This document shows positions 17,665 through 27,807 of a stretch of DNA of 64,000 bases, piece after piece. The first letter of the stretch is position 1, and each line of letters opens with the position of its first letter. Under the pieces are notes generated by a model, which saw only the letters and a list, made by a program, of their open reading frames with translations, was not told the origin of the DNA and did no database searches. The translations under genes were made by a program, and so were the position numbers. Location of the stretch: positions 15,639 to 79,638 of the IMG/VR virus record IMGVR_UViG_3300033128_000043; one strand, 5' to 3'. Source of the stretch: a virus.

Positions 17665-20181
17665 ATGCCTTGGGTGGAAGAGACATTAAGACACGATCAG
17701 TTTTTAGATGATCTTTTTTACAAAGTATTTAGACGTTTTGAAGATGAGAGAGGCAATAAATGGTGGCAGAATTTTAATACTGTTGCTGAAAAGGTGGACC
17801 TTTATAAAATATCTTTTGAGAAAGGTCTTTTTGTTAAAGGTAAGGACGGATATAAGGTACCTGAAGGAAGCAAAGAAGGGAACGTCTGCATTACAAGGCA
17901 TGTAATATTCCGAAGGTGGGACAATGAACTTTTAGGATTTGCACAATCTACAGGTACTGTAAAAGTAGACACTAGTGAGTTACCAAAGGAGAAAAAAGAG
18001 CTTTTCAAAGGGTTTGTACAAATGTATAAGGACTTAATACAGTACACAACCCTGTATGCCTATACGGTAGATGAGTATACAGGATTCACGCATGCATTAA
18101 CTACAGAGGGAAAAGCAGCACCAATTACCGTAATGTATGAAGATGCGGGATCCGGTGTTTTTAAATCTAGCCTAGATATTGAATACCACTCTGACGATGA
18201 GTTTTATCCAAACATGATGCAGTCTCCTATCGTGACAATGAATTTGAAGGGAGATACGAATGAGCATATTGCAAAAGTAGGTAAATTAAATTATAGAGCT
18301 AATACGAACTGGTGGGGAGATTCGCTGGTCCAACTAAAAGGAGTCTTTGATGAAACTAGCTGCTTCTTTACATTAAAAGTTGACTCTGCTCCTGGATGGG
18401 AAGATAACTTGGTTACACTAGTACCCTTCTTTTTTGGAAATCTGGTGCGAGAAGACACACCTAGGACAAACACCCCTATTGCATTATTAGGCGGAAGGCA
18501 AGTGGGTAAGTTCTTTGACTATGACAATGTAGAGACTGTCACTGATACCTTGCAGCCAACCACTAGGAATTATGTGGAGCATCCCTCTAATGGTATTGAA
18601 TCGATCATGATTAAAAAGAGCAAATACGGTGCGAGATATCAAAAGCATTATCTAAAATGGCAAGCACCTCCACACCTAATGCCTCCAACTAGAGAAGAGA
18701 TTAGAAAAGTCAAAGAGGCCAAGGGAACGGATAAGGAAGAAGAAATGGCGAGAAAGTACCCTAGAGCGTGGAATTATCTTAGGTATGGGTATTATCAATA
18801 CTCTTTCCATCCATCAAGGTACTCAGAAGACATGAAGGTATCGCGGGCATATGTGGTGCATCCTGAGGACGGTACACTTGGATACATCCCAAACATTATT
18901 TTAGCTCCGTTAATTAATCTTTCGGAAGGTACTATATTGAAAAAGCCTAACTGGTGCGCAGATTGTGCTGAGGCCAAATACCAACCAGAATCTCCTATAG
19001 AGGTCCCTATCACTACATGGGATCCATCAGAGGATATCGGAGATGGTGCAGGAGTAGAAAAGCAAAGTATAACATTTATGTGTGACGAATCATCAAATGA
19101 GGACACGGCTTATTGGATACCTACCTCGTATACTCAGGAGTTCTTTAGTGATAAAGATAAGGGGCTAGGTAGAAACATGGATAACCGTTTTTGGGAAGGG
19201 CGAAACGATCTATTGGAAGTGCTCCAGAAAGAGCACAGCGGATTTAACTATGCCCTTTCTCAGGTGGAAGAGGTGACAGCATACCACCACAATCTATGGA
19301 AAGCCATAAGGTTGAATAAAGAAGGGAAATTGAAGCAATTAGAAGAAACTTGGGTTCAATTTAAAGAGAATGGTTCAGAAGAGTTTAAATGCCTTAACAC
19401 ATTCGAAAAAGCATCTCTTTACTCATCGTTGATTCTTAATAAGCCGGTACTATTCTTTCCGCCAAGTCAACCATACTTAGAGGGAGACATCCTAGACGCT
19501 ATGCTGGCAGAAATGAAGAGAGTTCCGAATGACGTATATGATTGGATCGAGTTTAATCAAATTTATGAAGGGTCTGGCAGAATTGGGGCATTCACAACAG
19601 ATAAGAGAGTAATGGTCCGTTTCAGCAATGGGAAAGCAGAAAACATACTAAAGACGTTCAAAAGCGCAATCAATTTTGAACCTACACTGCTGCAGTACAG
19701 TCAGAAATCAATAAAAGCTAATAGACCCCATGATTACATTAAGACGGGCGATGGATTTGGAGAGCAAGTTGAGGGTGGGTACTCAGAGTATTTCATCAAG
19801 GAAATAACGGACGAAAGTGTACCAGAAACAATTGCAACAGAAACAGCAATACATGAAATGGGACACGCTATCTCAGCTCATGCAGAGGACGTACTTGGTG
19901 AAGAGCTGCACCTGAGCAGTGAATGGCTTGCTATAAGTGGTTGGGAGGAAAAAACAGACGGAACCTTTAAAGAACTGTATAAAACAAACCCAGGAACCAC
20001 AGCTGATAACGGAAAACTAGCGCCAGTCAGTGATTACGGATGCTTTGGGCCTGCAGAAGACTTTGCAGAGGCTTTTATGTTTTACGTAATAAACAGACCA
20101 TTCCTTAGAGAAAAATTTTATTTTAAGTTCAAATATATTGAGGATAAACTTAGTGAAATGGGAATGAATGTAGACATTTAG
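17665..20181 (+). CDS. Virion structural protein (paralog 1) with C-terminal zincin metallopeptidase
   Basis: Start at ATG 17665 (RBS GGGAGG); shares TNWWxDS and YQxHYL/HPSRYS motifs with three downstream genes; HEMGH at 19852-19866 and 'PAEDFAEAF'. Confidence 0.7.
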   Translation: MPWVEETLRHDQFLDDLFYKVFRRFEDERGNKWWQNFNTVAEKVDLYKISFEKGLFVKGKDGYKVPEGSKEGNVCITRHVIFRRWDNELLGFAQSTGTVKVDTSELPKEKKELFKGFVQMYKDLIQYTTLYAYTVDEYTGFTHALTTEGKAAPITVMYEDAGSGVFKSSLDIEYHSDDEFYPNMMQSPIVTMNLKGDTNEHIAKVGKLNYRANTNWWGDSLVQLKGVFDETSCFFTLKVDSAPGWEDNLVTLVPFFFGNLVREDTPRTNTPIALLGGRQVGKFFDYDNVETVTDTLQPTTRNYVEHPSNGIESIMIKKSKYGARYQKHYLKWQAPPHLMPPTREEIRKVKEAKGTDKEEEMARKYPRAWNYLRYGYYQYSFHPSRYSEDMKVSRAYVVHPEDGTLGYIPNIILAPLINLSEGTILKKPNWCADCAEAKYQPESPIEVPITTWDPSEDIGDGAGVEKQSITFMCDESSNEDTAYWIPTSYTQEFFSDKDKGLGRNMDNRFWEGRNDLLEVLQKEHSGFNYALSQVEEVTAYHHNLWKAIRLNKEGKLKQLEETWVQFKENGSEEFKCLNTFEKASLYSSLILNKPVLFFPPSQPYLEGDILDAMLAEMKRVPNDVYDWIEFNQIYEGSGRIGAFTTDKRVMVRFSNGKAENILKTFKSAINFEPTLLQYSQKSIKANRPHDYIKTGDGFGEQVEGGYSEYFIKEITDESVPETIATETAIHEMGHAISAHAEDVLGEELHLSSEWLAISGWEEKTDGTFKELYKTNPGTTADNGKLAPVSDYGCFGPAEDFAEAFMFYVINRPFLREKFYFKFKYIEDKLSEMGMNVDI

Positions 20182-20195
20182 GGGAGGTAGCAGAC

Positions 20196-21935
20196 ATGGC
20201 AGTACGACCGGTTCCAGATATGGAAACACCCCAAAATATTGGATTTGTTGAAGGGGATACCTCCCCTATCATACATTCAATACGCTGGAGACATTTGCCT
20301 GCAAGGTACATTTTTAATTCTGTAGGTGATGTGATTTCCTACCACAACAAAGGTCCATTAGAAATTGATATCTTTAGGCACAGCGCATCCTATTTAGATA
20401 TTTATTTATTAAGAGAAGATGAGGAAAGGATACAATCTGTCACTGCTAACCTTAGGTATGCAAGAGAAGGCGGGCAACTAATTGAAGAGCCTTATACTGT
20501 AGGAGAAGCAGGACGTAGTATTAGAGCTGAATCAGACAGTTCTAATCCCAAGCTTCTAGTCGTTAAAGGTATTGTGTTCACTCAGAAAGATTTGAACGAT
20601 GGATCGCCGTTGTATGACTTCATGAATATGGCTGAAGAAGGCATATATGAATTATGGTTAAACGTTAAAACAGTAAGCGGGAAAGAGTTGAATGTACGAA
20701 TCCCGTTTGTGTGGGCCAATCTAAAAGGGAGTGTTCCTGGAGAGGGTGGGGAAGAACCAGGTGACAGTGGCGGAAATGGAAGTGATAGGGAGTTACACGC
20801 ACTTTATGATGAATACTACTTAACTATCATTGAGGGAGATTCCCCATTCACAAAAAAGCCATCAACTCAGTATAGAATGGCTGCTGTGGGGATGCTGAAG
20901 GAGCCTTACTGTTTTGAGAGGATATCTACTCCTCCATTGCCATCTATTGAGAAACCAACAGACACAATTGTTGTTGGGGATGTAGTACCGCCGCAGTGTG
21001 GACTTAAATTAAGAGAAACCACTGTCAGAGGGCTTATTGACGAAGAACTATCGTTTGAGTTAATACACAGCAATACTTCTGGAATAAGAGATATTCACTA
21101 CAATTATGATGAAACAGAGATAGAGCGAACAGATGAAACAAAGTTCAAGTTGCTTAAGCAAGGCAGCTCAAAGGTGACAATTGTAGTGACCTATAACGAT
21201 GGGCAGGAGTGTTCTGTTGATGGGTACTTAGTTACAGAATTTAAATGTGCTTTTGCAGTCACAGCATCTAACACAGGCACAATAGAGGTAGGAGATACTG
21301 TTAACTTTACTTACTCGCATGGGGTAAATAAGGCAGATTTAAGGAGTGTTGTGTTGGAAGCACCTGATGGCGTAGAGAAAGTTTCCAATTCAAGGGTACT
21401 TCTAAGGAAAGAAGGCAGCTATCGGATACGCTTTGTGGCGGATTATGGGAACGGAAATGAGTGCGAGGTATATCTAAACATTACAGTCTCTAAAGCAAGC
21501 ATACCAGACCCTAATGGCGGCGGAGAAGACCCAGGAAACGGTGGAGGCACCAATCCAGGCGGAGGGGATGGAGGAACTGATCCAAGACCTAATGAACCCA
21601 CAAAGGAATTAAAATGTGGTCAGGCTGCAAACGGGTCACTAGGGTACGGAGCTTTTACACACAATGTCAATGAAACTGGAACTTACTTCGTAGAATTTAA
21701 TTTCTTCGGAGAGCCAGATGAAATGCATCTATATATTGGAGGAAAACACATTTATAGTACGGGACAACAGTTATATGAAAATGGCAGTCCTTTTGGATTT
21801 AAATACAAGCCATCCCAAGGGAAAATTAAAATTGTTATGAATGATGGAGGCAAAGGAACAAGATGGGCTTACACACTATACTGCCCTAGCAGTGTACCTG
21901 CTGGCATCAGCGGTAGAGCACATATTGTAAATTAA
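20196..21935 (+). CDS. Virion protein with Ig-like repeats, Gly/Pro linker and Cys-bounded C-terminal beta module
   Basis: 579 aa; 'DPNGGGEDPGNGGGTNPGGGDGG' linker; C-terminus similar to that of 12926-16393. Confidence 0.6.
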   Translation: MAVRPVPDMETPQNIGFVEGDTSPIIHSIRWRHLPARYIFNSVGDVISYHNKGPLEIDIFRHSASYLDIYLLREDEERIQSVTANLRYAREGGQLIEEPYTVGEAGRSIRAESDSSNPKLLVVKGIVFTQKDLNDGSPLYDFMNMAEEGIYELWLNVKTVSGKELNVRIPFVWANLKGSVPGEGGEEPGDSGGNGSDRELHALYDEYYLTIIEGDSPFTKKPSTQYRMAAVGMLKEPYCFERISTPPLPSIEKPTDTIVVGDVVPPQCGLKLRETTVRGLIDEELSFELIHSNTSGIRDIHYNYDETEIERTDETKFKLLKQGSSKVTIVVTYNDGQECSVDGYLVTEFKCAFAVTASNTGTIEVGDTVNFTYSHGVNKADLRSVVLEAPDGVEKVSNSRVLLRKEGSYRIRFVADYGNGNECEVYLNITVSKASIPDPNGGGEDPGNGGGTNPGGGDGGTDPRPNEPTKELKCGQAANGSLGYGAFTHNVNETGTYFVEFNFFGEPDEMHLYIGGKHIYSTGQQLYENGSPFGFKYKPSQGKIKIVMNDGGKGTRWAYTLYCPSSVPAGISGRAHIVN

Positions 21936-21978
21936 GGTTAAGCATAAATGTAAAGGACTTATATTTAGTATAAGTCCT

Positions 21979-22006
21979 TGCAACACATGAAGAATCAAAG
22001 CTACTG
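21979..22006 (+). promoter_or_regulatory. Candidate phage promoter TGCAAC-N16-CTACTG
   Basis: Variant of a motif found six times at identical spacing. Confidence 0.4.
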
Positions 22007-22009
22007 TTT

Positions 22010-22034
22010 AGGCGAGGGGAAACCTCGTCTTTTT
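22010..22034 (+). terminator. Rho-independent terminator
   Basis: AGGCGAGG-GGAAA-CCTCGTCT-TTTT. Confidence 0.75.
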
Positions 22035-22060
22035 ATTTTATTAAAAGGGTGGTGCATGAA

Positions 22061-23716
22061 ATGCCATATTTAAACAATCTAGCGGCATTATCAGAGTATA
22101 AGGTATATGAAGAAACCAAGCTAGATGACTTAGTTGAAATTTTTATAAAACATGGTTGGAACTTAGCTGCTGATTTTAAAAGAGCCGCAGTTTCAGATGC
22201 TTTAGTTTCAAGTAATAAATCTAACGTGGGCACATATGTAAGTGCATATGCCGAGCATAAGATACTGAGCAACGCAAATGGGAAGTATTTAGGGATAGCA
22301 GTTGCTTCAGAGATTAGTGAGCTAGGTAAGGAGTACCCTAACTATGACTTTTCAAAAGGGACAGAGGCAGAAAAAGCAGCTTTTTTAGCCGTAGTAGAGG
22401 CTCAATTCAACAAAAAGAGAATAGGGTCGCCGTTTTATTTTTATATGGTGGAATCACTACCGACTACCCCAAAGGGAAGTACTACTTTATTGCCGTGGAG
22501 GACTGCATTTGTTCCACCGACTAAAAGTGATGTAAGTAACTTTTTACAAATGGCGTTAGATGTAGAAATTACTGAAACAAACCTTAGTGGGACTGTTTCA
22601 AATATAAGTAAGCAGGAATCAAGGGTAATGCAGTCTCCTATCGTGCAAGCATTATTGAGAGCACCTAGCTTGGAAAGTATTAAAGAATACACCCAAGATA
22701 CAAATTGGTGGGGGGATTCTGAAATTGAGGTGACAGGGCATATAGACAGCACTGGCGCAATCCTGGTTATGCAGGCAGATGATACCCCATTATGGGAAGG
22801 AAACGCTGTGCCACGAATACCTTTCTACTTTGGAGAGTTTGTCCCAGAAGATGAGGGAGATGACGCTGTAGTGCTGTTTGTAGGGACAGTACCAGACCAA
22901 GACAGCCTCCAAAAAATTGCAGAGTATGACTACGATGATTCAAAAATACAGGCAGGTAAACAAATTCTTCCTGTAGGTAAAACTTATAAATCCTATCCAG
23001 GTAACGGTGTGGACAACATTATTGTGAGTAGGAGTGCCAGAGGGGCCAAATACCAAAGACATTATCTATCTGTCGAAGCCCCGCCCAACGCTATTGAGCC
23101 AAAGAGAGCATCAGCAGACGGAAAAAGGAAATACCCTAGAGCAATTTCTCAATCGAAGTACGGATACCACCCATCACGGTACTCTGGTAAGGTGCCAACT
23201 ACTTGGCTGAATATTGTGCATCCAGATGGGGGAACTAGAGGGCACCTAAAAAACACGATAGGGGTTACCGGCGGGCAAATGGGTGCGGGTGAAATTCGAA
23301 TACTCAGTGAAGAAGGTATTGAGGACAGCAAAAAATATGATGCGTATGTTGTGACAGAAGTAAGTGCCAGTTCTCCAGTTACTAAGAAACCTGCGACACC
23401 ATTTAGGCCAGTAACGATAGCGATTTATAAAGGGCTAGTTGATAGCAGAGGTGATTTGGTTAATAAAGAAGTACGCGAAGAAGAAGTAATAATTACTTAC
23501 CAAGTACTCAGGAAACATAAGCGTATAAGCTGGTCCGGTTACTCCGGTGATATTGATGTTTATGTTGACGGAAAACAATATGCTCAGGGGGTTACAGGCA
23601 CGACATCTTATGTCCTCAGTAACCAATTAGATGAGTCTAAGGAGCATAAAATCAGTATCTACGCCACAAAGACCAATGAACTGTTAGCAGAAACAACGAT
23701 CCCTTCCAAGACATAA
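22061..23716 (+). CDS. Virion structural protein (paralog 2), C-terminal FN3-like domain
   Basis: ATG 22061 (MPYL..., matching paralog starts MPW/MPY); conserved MQSP, TNWWGDS, YQRHYL and HPSRYS motifs. Confidence 0.7.
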   Translation: MPYLNNLAALSEYKVYEETKLDDLVEIFIKHGWNLAADFKRAAVSDALVSSNKSNVGTYVSAYAEHKILSNANGKYLGIAVASEISELGKEYPNYDFSKGTEAEKAAFLAVVEAQFNKKRIGSPFYFYMVESLPTTPKGSTTLLPWRTAFVPPTKSDVSNFLQMALDVEITETNLSGTVSNISKQESRVMQSPIVQALLRAPSLESIKEYTQDTNWWGDSEIEVTGHIDSTGAILVMQADDTPLWEGNAVPRIPFYFGEFVPEDEGDDAVVLFVGTVPDQDSLQKIAEYDYDDSKIQAGKQILPVGKTYKSYPGNGVDNIIVSRSARGAKYQRHYLSVEAPPNAIEPKRASADGKRKYPRAISQSKYGYHPSRYSGKVPTTWLNIVHPDGGTRGHLKNTIGVTGGQMGAGEIRILSEEGIEDSKKYDAYVVTEVSASSPVTKKPATPFRPVTIAIYKGLVDSRGDLVNKEVREEEVIITYQVLRKHKRISWSGYSGDIDVYVDGKQYAQGVTGTTSYVLSNQLDESKEHKISIYATKTNELLAETTIPSKT

Positions 23717-23720
23717 GCGC

Positions 23721-23749
23721 GTTATGGGCGCTTTTGTAGTGCCTATAAT
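23721..23749 (+). promoter_or_regulatory. Candidate late promoter GTTA-N19-TATAAT, overlapping a terminator hairpin (23715-23735)
   Basis: CCTATAATGAGC, near-identical to 33850 CTTATAATGAGC and 16439 CCTATAATGCGT. Confidence 0.5.
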
Positions 23750-23790
23750 GAGCTCAGCTAGAATAATTCAATTAGATTAGGGGTGAAGAC

Positions 23791-25917
23791 ATGCCTTATA
23801 TAGACTCTACGCCTAGGGAGTATCCATCAAAATTTGAAGAGGATAATCTTCAAGATATGTTTGCTGAGTTACTTACCAACAATGGCTGGGTAGTTGAAAG
23901 AACGTTTTACAAGGCTGCGTATGATACGAGAGCACACTATAAGACAAGAAGCAGAGTTAACTATGCTGCAGCTAAACATACGATTTTTAGAAACTCAGAC
24001 GGCATCCTTTTTGGATTAGCCACGATAGGTTATTTTGATCTTAAATTCAGGCAAGAAGAAGAGATACCAATTAGAACACCAGGAGACGGATTGACTCCAA
24101 GCTGGAATGAGTGGATTAGAACTCAATATGAGAACACTGTAACTAGATCCTCACTCTATTTCTACATGCTTGAAAAGATGCCAAACGAAGAACTTATTCC
24201 TGATAACGGATTAGCCACAATCGTAACCATGCCTGGCATGGGTAACACCGAATATCAGACTAAGAGAGACATGGATATCGATGTGGTTAAAACATTCTAT
24301 AATCCTGACTTATCTGATGACTATGATGAGGAGTCAAGGGATTTAAACTTTGATGGTAAATTATTGAACGCATCAAAGTATCACGTTATCCGTTCTGCTT
24401 TAGATATTGAAGTATGGGAAACCAAATGGGTAGAAAAGTTTTTAGAGGTAGTCATCGTCAAAACAGACCCAAGGGTAATGCAGTCTCCTATAAATAAAGC
24501 CAACCTTCGGGCAGAGCACTTAGATGTAGTGGAGAACCCTATCTGGCATACGAACTGGTGGACAGATTCTGAGGTAACTGTACAAGGGCATGTAGACAGT
24601 AAAGGGATTTTCTTAGTATTACAGGCAGATACAGCGCCAGCATGGGAACATAATTTAGTTCCAACAGTACCTCTTTACTTTGGACCATTAAAGTCCATGA
24701 TTGAAGGTGAAGAAGACGAAGGATACGCATTGTTTTCTGGGGCAGTACCTCCGGTTACAGCTAACACAGACGGTGATAATAGATCAGTGTTATATGTGAG
24801 GGAAACAGTATCCTCGCAAGCATTGAGAATCCCTGTTTCAGGGCTTTTTAACCTAGGAGAGTTGCCAGCTTACCTTGAGGTAGCAGGCAGTGATGAGATC
24901 ATAAAAATAGTAGATAAGGAAATTGTAGATGACAGTGAGTTCAGAGACGGCATTGGTTATGTCACTGTAGAGAGAGGACAGCTAGGTACTACAAAGAAAT
25001 TAATTCCCATGAGTACTAATTTGAACGCGCTTAGTGAAAAATCATACACTACAATTGATTTTGACCACCTAATTTCTCTATTTGATTTCGATGATCCAGA
25101 GGCGCAAGGCGGGACGTTGATTCAACCGTTACTGAAACTTTATCCCAACCATCCCTCCAACGGAATAGACTCAGTAATTGTATCCAGGTCAAGATTTGGA
25201 GCCAGGTATCAGTCACATTACCTGTCATGGGGAGCAACAACAAACGAGATGCCACCATTAAGGCGAGGGGCAGATAAGATTAAAAAATATCCACGCAGTT
25301 ATGAGCCGATGGAAGAAACACAAAACTATAAGTATCAGCACAATCCATCAAGGTACTCTGAGAAAACCCCTTCTACTCGGATATACGTATCCCACCCAGA
25401 AGAAGGAAATCGAGGATACCTAGACAAAGCAATAGCATTTAATCCTCAAGGGTTAAGGGCATCAAAACTTACAGTGTTGAAAGAAGGATGCCCAGATAAG
25501 GTATATGAAATGTACAAGCCTATGAAATTAGGGGCAGTTTCTCCGCTCACTAAGGTACCTGCAACGCCTTTTAGACCTGCGGGGTTAGGGATATATATTG
25601 AAGATCATAGCCCAACTAAAGAGCCACCTCTGATCGATGGGGATACTACCCCACCAAGCGATGTGGTAATTATAGAAGCAAGCAGCCCTAAATCACAAAC
25701 CTTGGATTTAAAGTTTACTTTACCAACTGAGGCAGATTTCAGTCACTTAAACATCTATGTGAATGGAAAGATGCATGCAAAAGGGGTTACTGGAACTGAT
25801 TTTTATAGAATTGCTGGCATTAGAACTGGCACAACACCAGAAGTAAAAGTAACAGCAGTTGATTTAGCGGGAAATGAATCTGCTGGGGAGCTTGCGCCCG
25901 CAATAAAAGTAATTTAG
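23791..25917 (+). CDS. Virion structural protein (paralog 3), C-terminal FN3 domain
   Basis: Same family motifs; ends 'DFSHLNIYVNG...VKVTAVDLAGNES', a classic FN3 signature. Confidence 0.75.
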   Translation: MPYIDSTPREYPSKFEEDNLQDMFAELLTNNGWVVERTFYKAAYDTRAHYKTRSRVNYAAAKHTIFRNSDGILFGLATIGYFDLKFRQEEEIPIRTPGDGLTPSWNEWIRTQYENTVTRSSLYFYMLEKMPNEELIPDNGLATIVTMPGMGNTEYQTKRDMDIDVVKTFYNPDLSDDYDEESRDLNFDGKLLNASKYHVIRSALDIEVWETKWVEKFLEVVIVKTDPRVMQSPINKANLRAEHLDVVENPIWHTNWWTDSEVTVQGHVDSKGIFLVLQADTAPAWEHNLVPTVPLYFGPLKSMIEGEEDEGYALFSGAVPPVTANTDGDNRSVLYVRETVSSQALRIPVSGLFNLGELPAYLEVAGSDEIIKIVDKEIVDDSEFRDGIGYVTVERGQLGTTKKLIPMSTNLNALSEKSYTTIDFDHLISLFDFDDPEAQGGTLIQPLLKLYPNHPSNGIDSVIVSRSRFGARYQSHYLSWGATTNEMPPLRRGADKIKKYPRSYEPMEETQNYKYQHNPSRYSEKTPSTRIYVSHPEEGNRGYLDKAIAFNPQGLRASKLTVLKEGCPDKVYEMYKPMKLGAVSPLTKVPATPFRPAGLGIYIEDHSPTKEPPLIDGDTTPPSDVVIIEASSPKSQTLDLKFTLPTEADFSHLNIYVNGKMHAKGVTGTDFYRIAGIRTGTTPEVKVTAVDLAGNESAGELAPAIKVI

Positions 25918-25933
25918 TTGAGGTGAAGAAACT

Positions 25934-27805
25934 ATGGAAATAAATACAGATGGATTTTTTGATTTAGACCTGCCGGTGCAGAAGTTACCAGAAAAACTAG
26001 AAGAGCTGTTTAACTTAGGTGGCTGGGGAACGTTGGCCAAATACCGTTCAGTAGCTCCTTTAGTGGTAGATGGTGTGGAGGACACCTATAGAAAAACTTT
26101 TGCTGAGACATATTTATTCGAATCAAAGGGCAGTGACGATCAACATAGATATGTCGGATTTACAGTGGGTTACGGCGGGAAGATTAGAGGGTTTGGAGAA
26201 GAGCCAATCATCACCAAAGATACGTTTCTAGGAGAATTGCAGGATGTAACGCCTGAGGGGAATAAGGATCGGACAGTATTTAAATTTATGGTTGGTCCAG
26301 TAGCAACTAGCACTGTAATTATTTATAAGGAAGACGGATCAATCCTTAGCCAAGACATTTCTCCTTACATCATCAACGGTGAAGAGGCAACTGTAGAATT
26401 TACTGAAACACAAGGCAAAATACGTGCGACATATGGGCTTACTGATAACGCCCCCGATCTAACAAAAAGATTGTGGGTTTTCACATTTGAAGGCTTTGTG
26501 CCAACATCATACGTACTAAGAAGCACTCATGGCGAAGATGCGCGTATGGAGGACCTTAAAAAAGGTGTATTCAAATTCCCGAATATGAGGGAAAACATGC
26601 GGATCAAGAAGGACACCTGTAAATTCTACGATACACTCACAGGAAGTATCCCTATCGCAGCAGCAGATTACACTTTAGATGTAGATGCAAATACAATTAC
26701 ATTTAAGGACGGCATTGAACCAACCACAGTGTTTGCAGAATACGAAGTCGAGTATAAAAAAGATGCCAACAATAGCTTAGGAGACATAGTGGTTCCATCA
26801 TTCGACCCAGACAAGCCGAAGGAGTTAATGGGTGCTGCATATAGAGCAATCAGGTACATCTATCCATCGATCCCTACCGGACTATCATTTATTCCTCAGC
26901 AAGAGCTAGGGCTAGGTTGGGGAAGGGACTCTCAAGTATATTTTTGGGGGAATATTACGAAAGATAGAATCGTAGGGTACTTCCGTTTAGACCCTGCACC
27001 AGATCCTGAAAGCACATATTTTACTCCTTTATATGTAGGCAGACTCGCAACAATTGGAAAAGCACCAAGGGGCAATACAATTATCATTGGCGGGTGTCGG
27101 GAAGAGGATGAAATTGAGTATGAGGAAGGCATAAAGATTGGAAATAATTTAGTCGATTATGGGATAAACACATCAAACGGGAATAACTCGGTTCTACTAC
27201 AGAGAGCAATTGGTGGCGGAATGTATCAAAAGCATGTACTAGAGTTTACAACTTTTGATCCCAATATTGATACATCTCATGAATCTAGGTATAACCCATC
27301 GGTGTATACATCAAAATATCACATCCCTCCGATGTTCATTACACACCCATCAGATGGGCAAGTCGGCAGACTAGATGATACTTACGCGGTACACCCAAAG
27401 AATATCGCCCAACTTGATGAGTTAGAGGTAAAAGAAACATCAAAAAATGAAAGTATGGGTAAAGGCGATGGAGATAAAAAGACATTCCATTTCTACCATT
27501 TACCTATTATCGATGACACGTTTGAGATCAAATTGGTCAGTGATGATGGCTGCACCTTCTTGAAAAAGGCTGCCTATGTGAGTAAAGCAGAAGACTTAGA
27601 GGAAGGAAAATTTACAGTAGACAGAGTGAATAAGAAATTAATCTTATTCGGTGCGGTAGACGCAGGAGTAGAAGTAATTGGCACATACAATTTTGCGCAA
27701 GTATATCGCTATACAGTTGCAGATACACCTAGAACTCCGTTCTTATTGTCCAATATCACACCATACCCATCAATCGGGTTAGGATTTTTAAAGAAGAACC
27801 TGTAG
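25934..27805 (+). CDS. Virion structural protein (divergent paralog 4)
   Basis: 'SNGNNSVLLQRAIGGGMYQKHVL' and 'YNPSVYTSKY...HPSDGQVG' are divergent versions of the family motifs. Confidence 0.6.
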   Translation: MEINTDGFFDLDLPVQKLPEKLEELFNLGGWGTLAKYRSVAPLVVDGVEDTYRKTFAETYLFESKGSDDQHRYVGFTVGYGGKIRGFGEEPIITKDTFLGELQDVTPEGNKDRTVFKFMVGPVATSTVIIYKEDGSILSQDISPYIINGEEATVEFTETQGKIRATYGLTDNAPDLTKRLWVFTFEGFVPTSYVLRSTHGEDARMEDLKKGVFKFPNMRENMRIKKDTCKFYDTLTGSIPIAAADYTLDVDANTITFKDGIEPTTVFAEYEVEYKKDANNSLGDIVVPSFDPDKPKELMGAAYRAIRYIYPSIPTGLSFIPQQELGLGWGRDSQVYFWGNITKDRIVGYFRLDPAPDPESTYFTPLYVGRLATIGKAPRGNTIIIGGCREEDEIEYEEGIKIGNNLVDYGINTSNGNNSVLLQRAIGGGMYQKHVLEFTTFDPNIDTSHESRYNPSVYTSKYHIPPMFITHPSDGQVGRLDDTYAVHPKNIAQLDELEVKETSKNESMGKGDGDKKTFHFYHLPIIDDTFEIKLVSDDGCTFLKKAAYVSKAEDLEEGKFTVDRVNKKLILFGAVDAGVEVIGTYNFAQVYRYTVADTPRTPFLLSNITPYPSIGLGFLKKNL

Positions 27806-27807
27806 CA

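Noticed and set aside
18940-20181. Intein or intron interrupting paralog 1
   Set aside because: No C/S...HN intein ends, no homing endonuclease motif, and the missing family C terminus does not resume downstream
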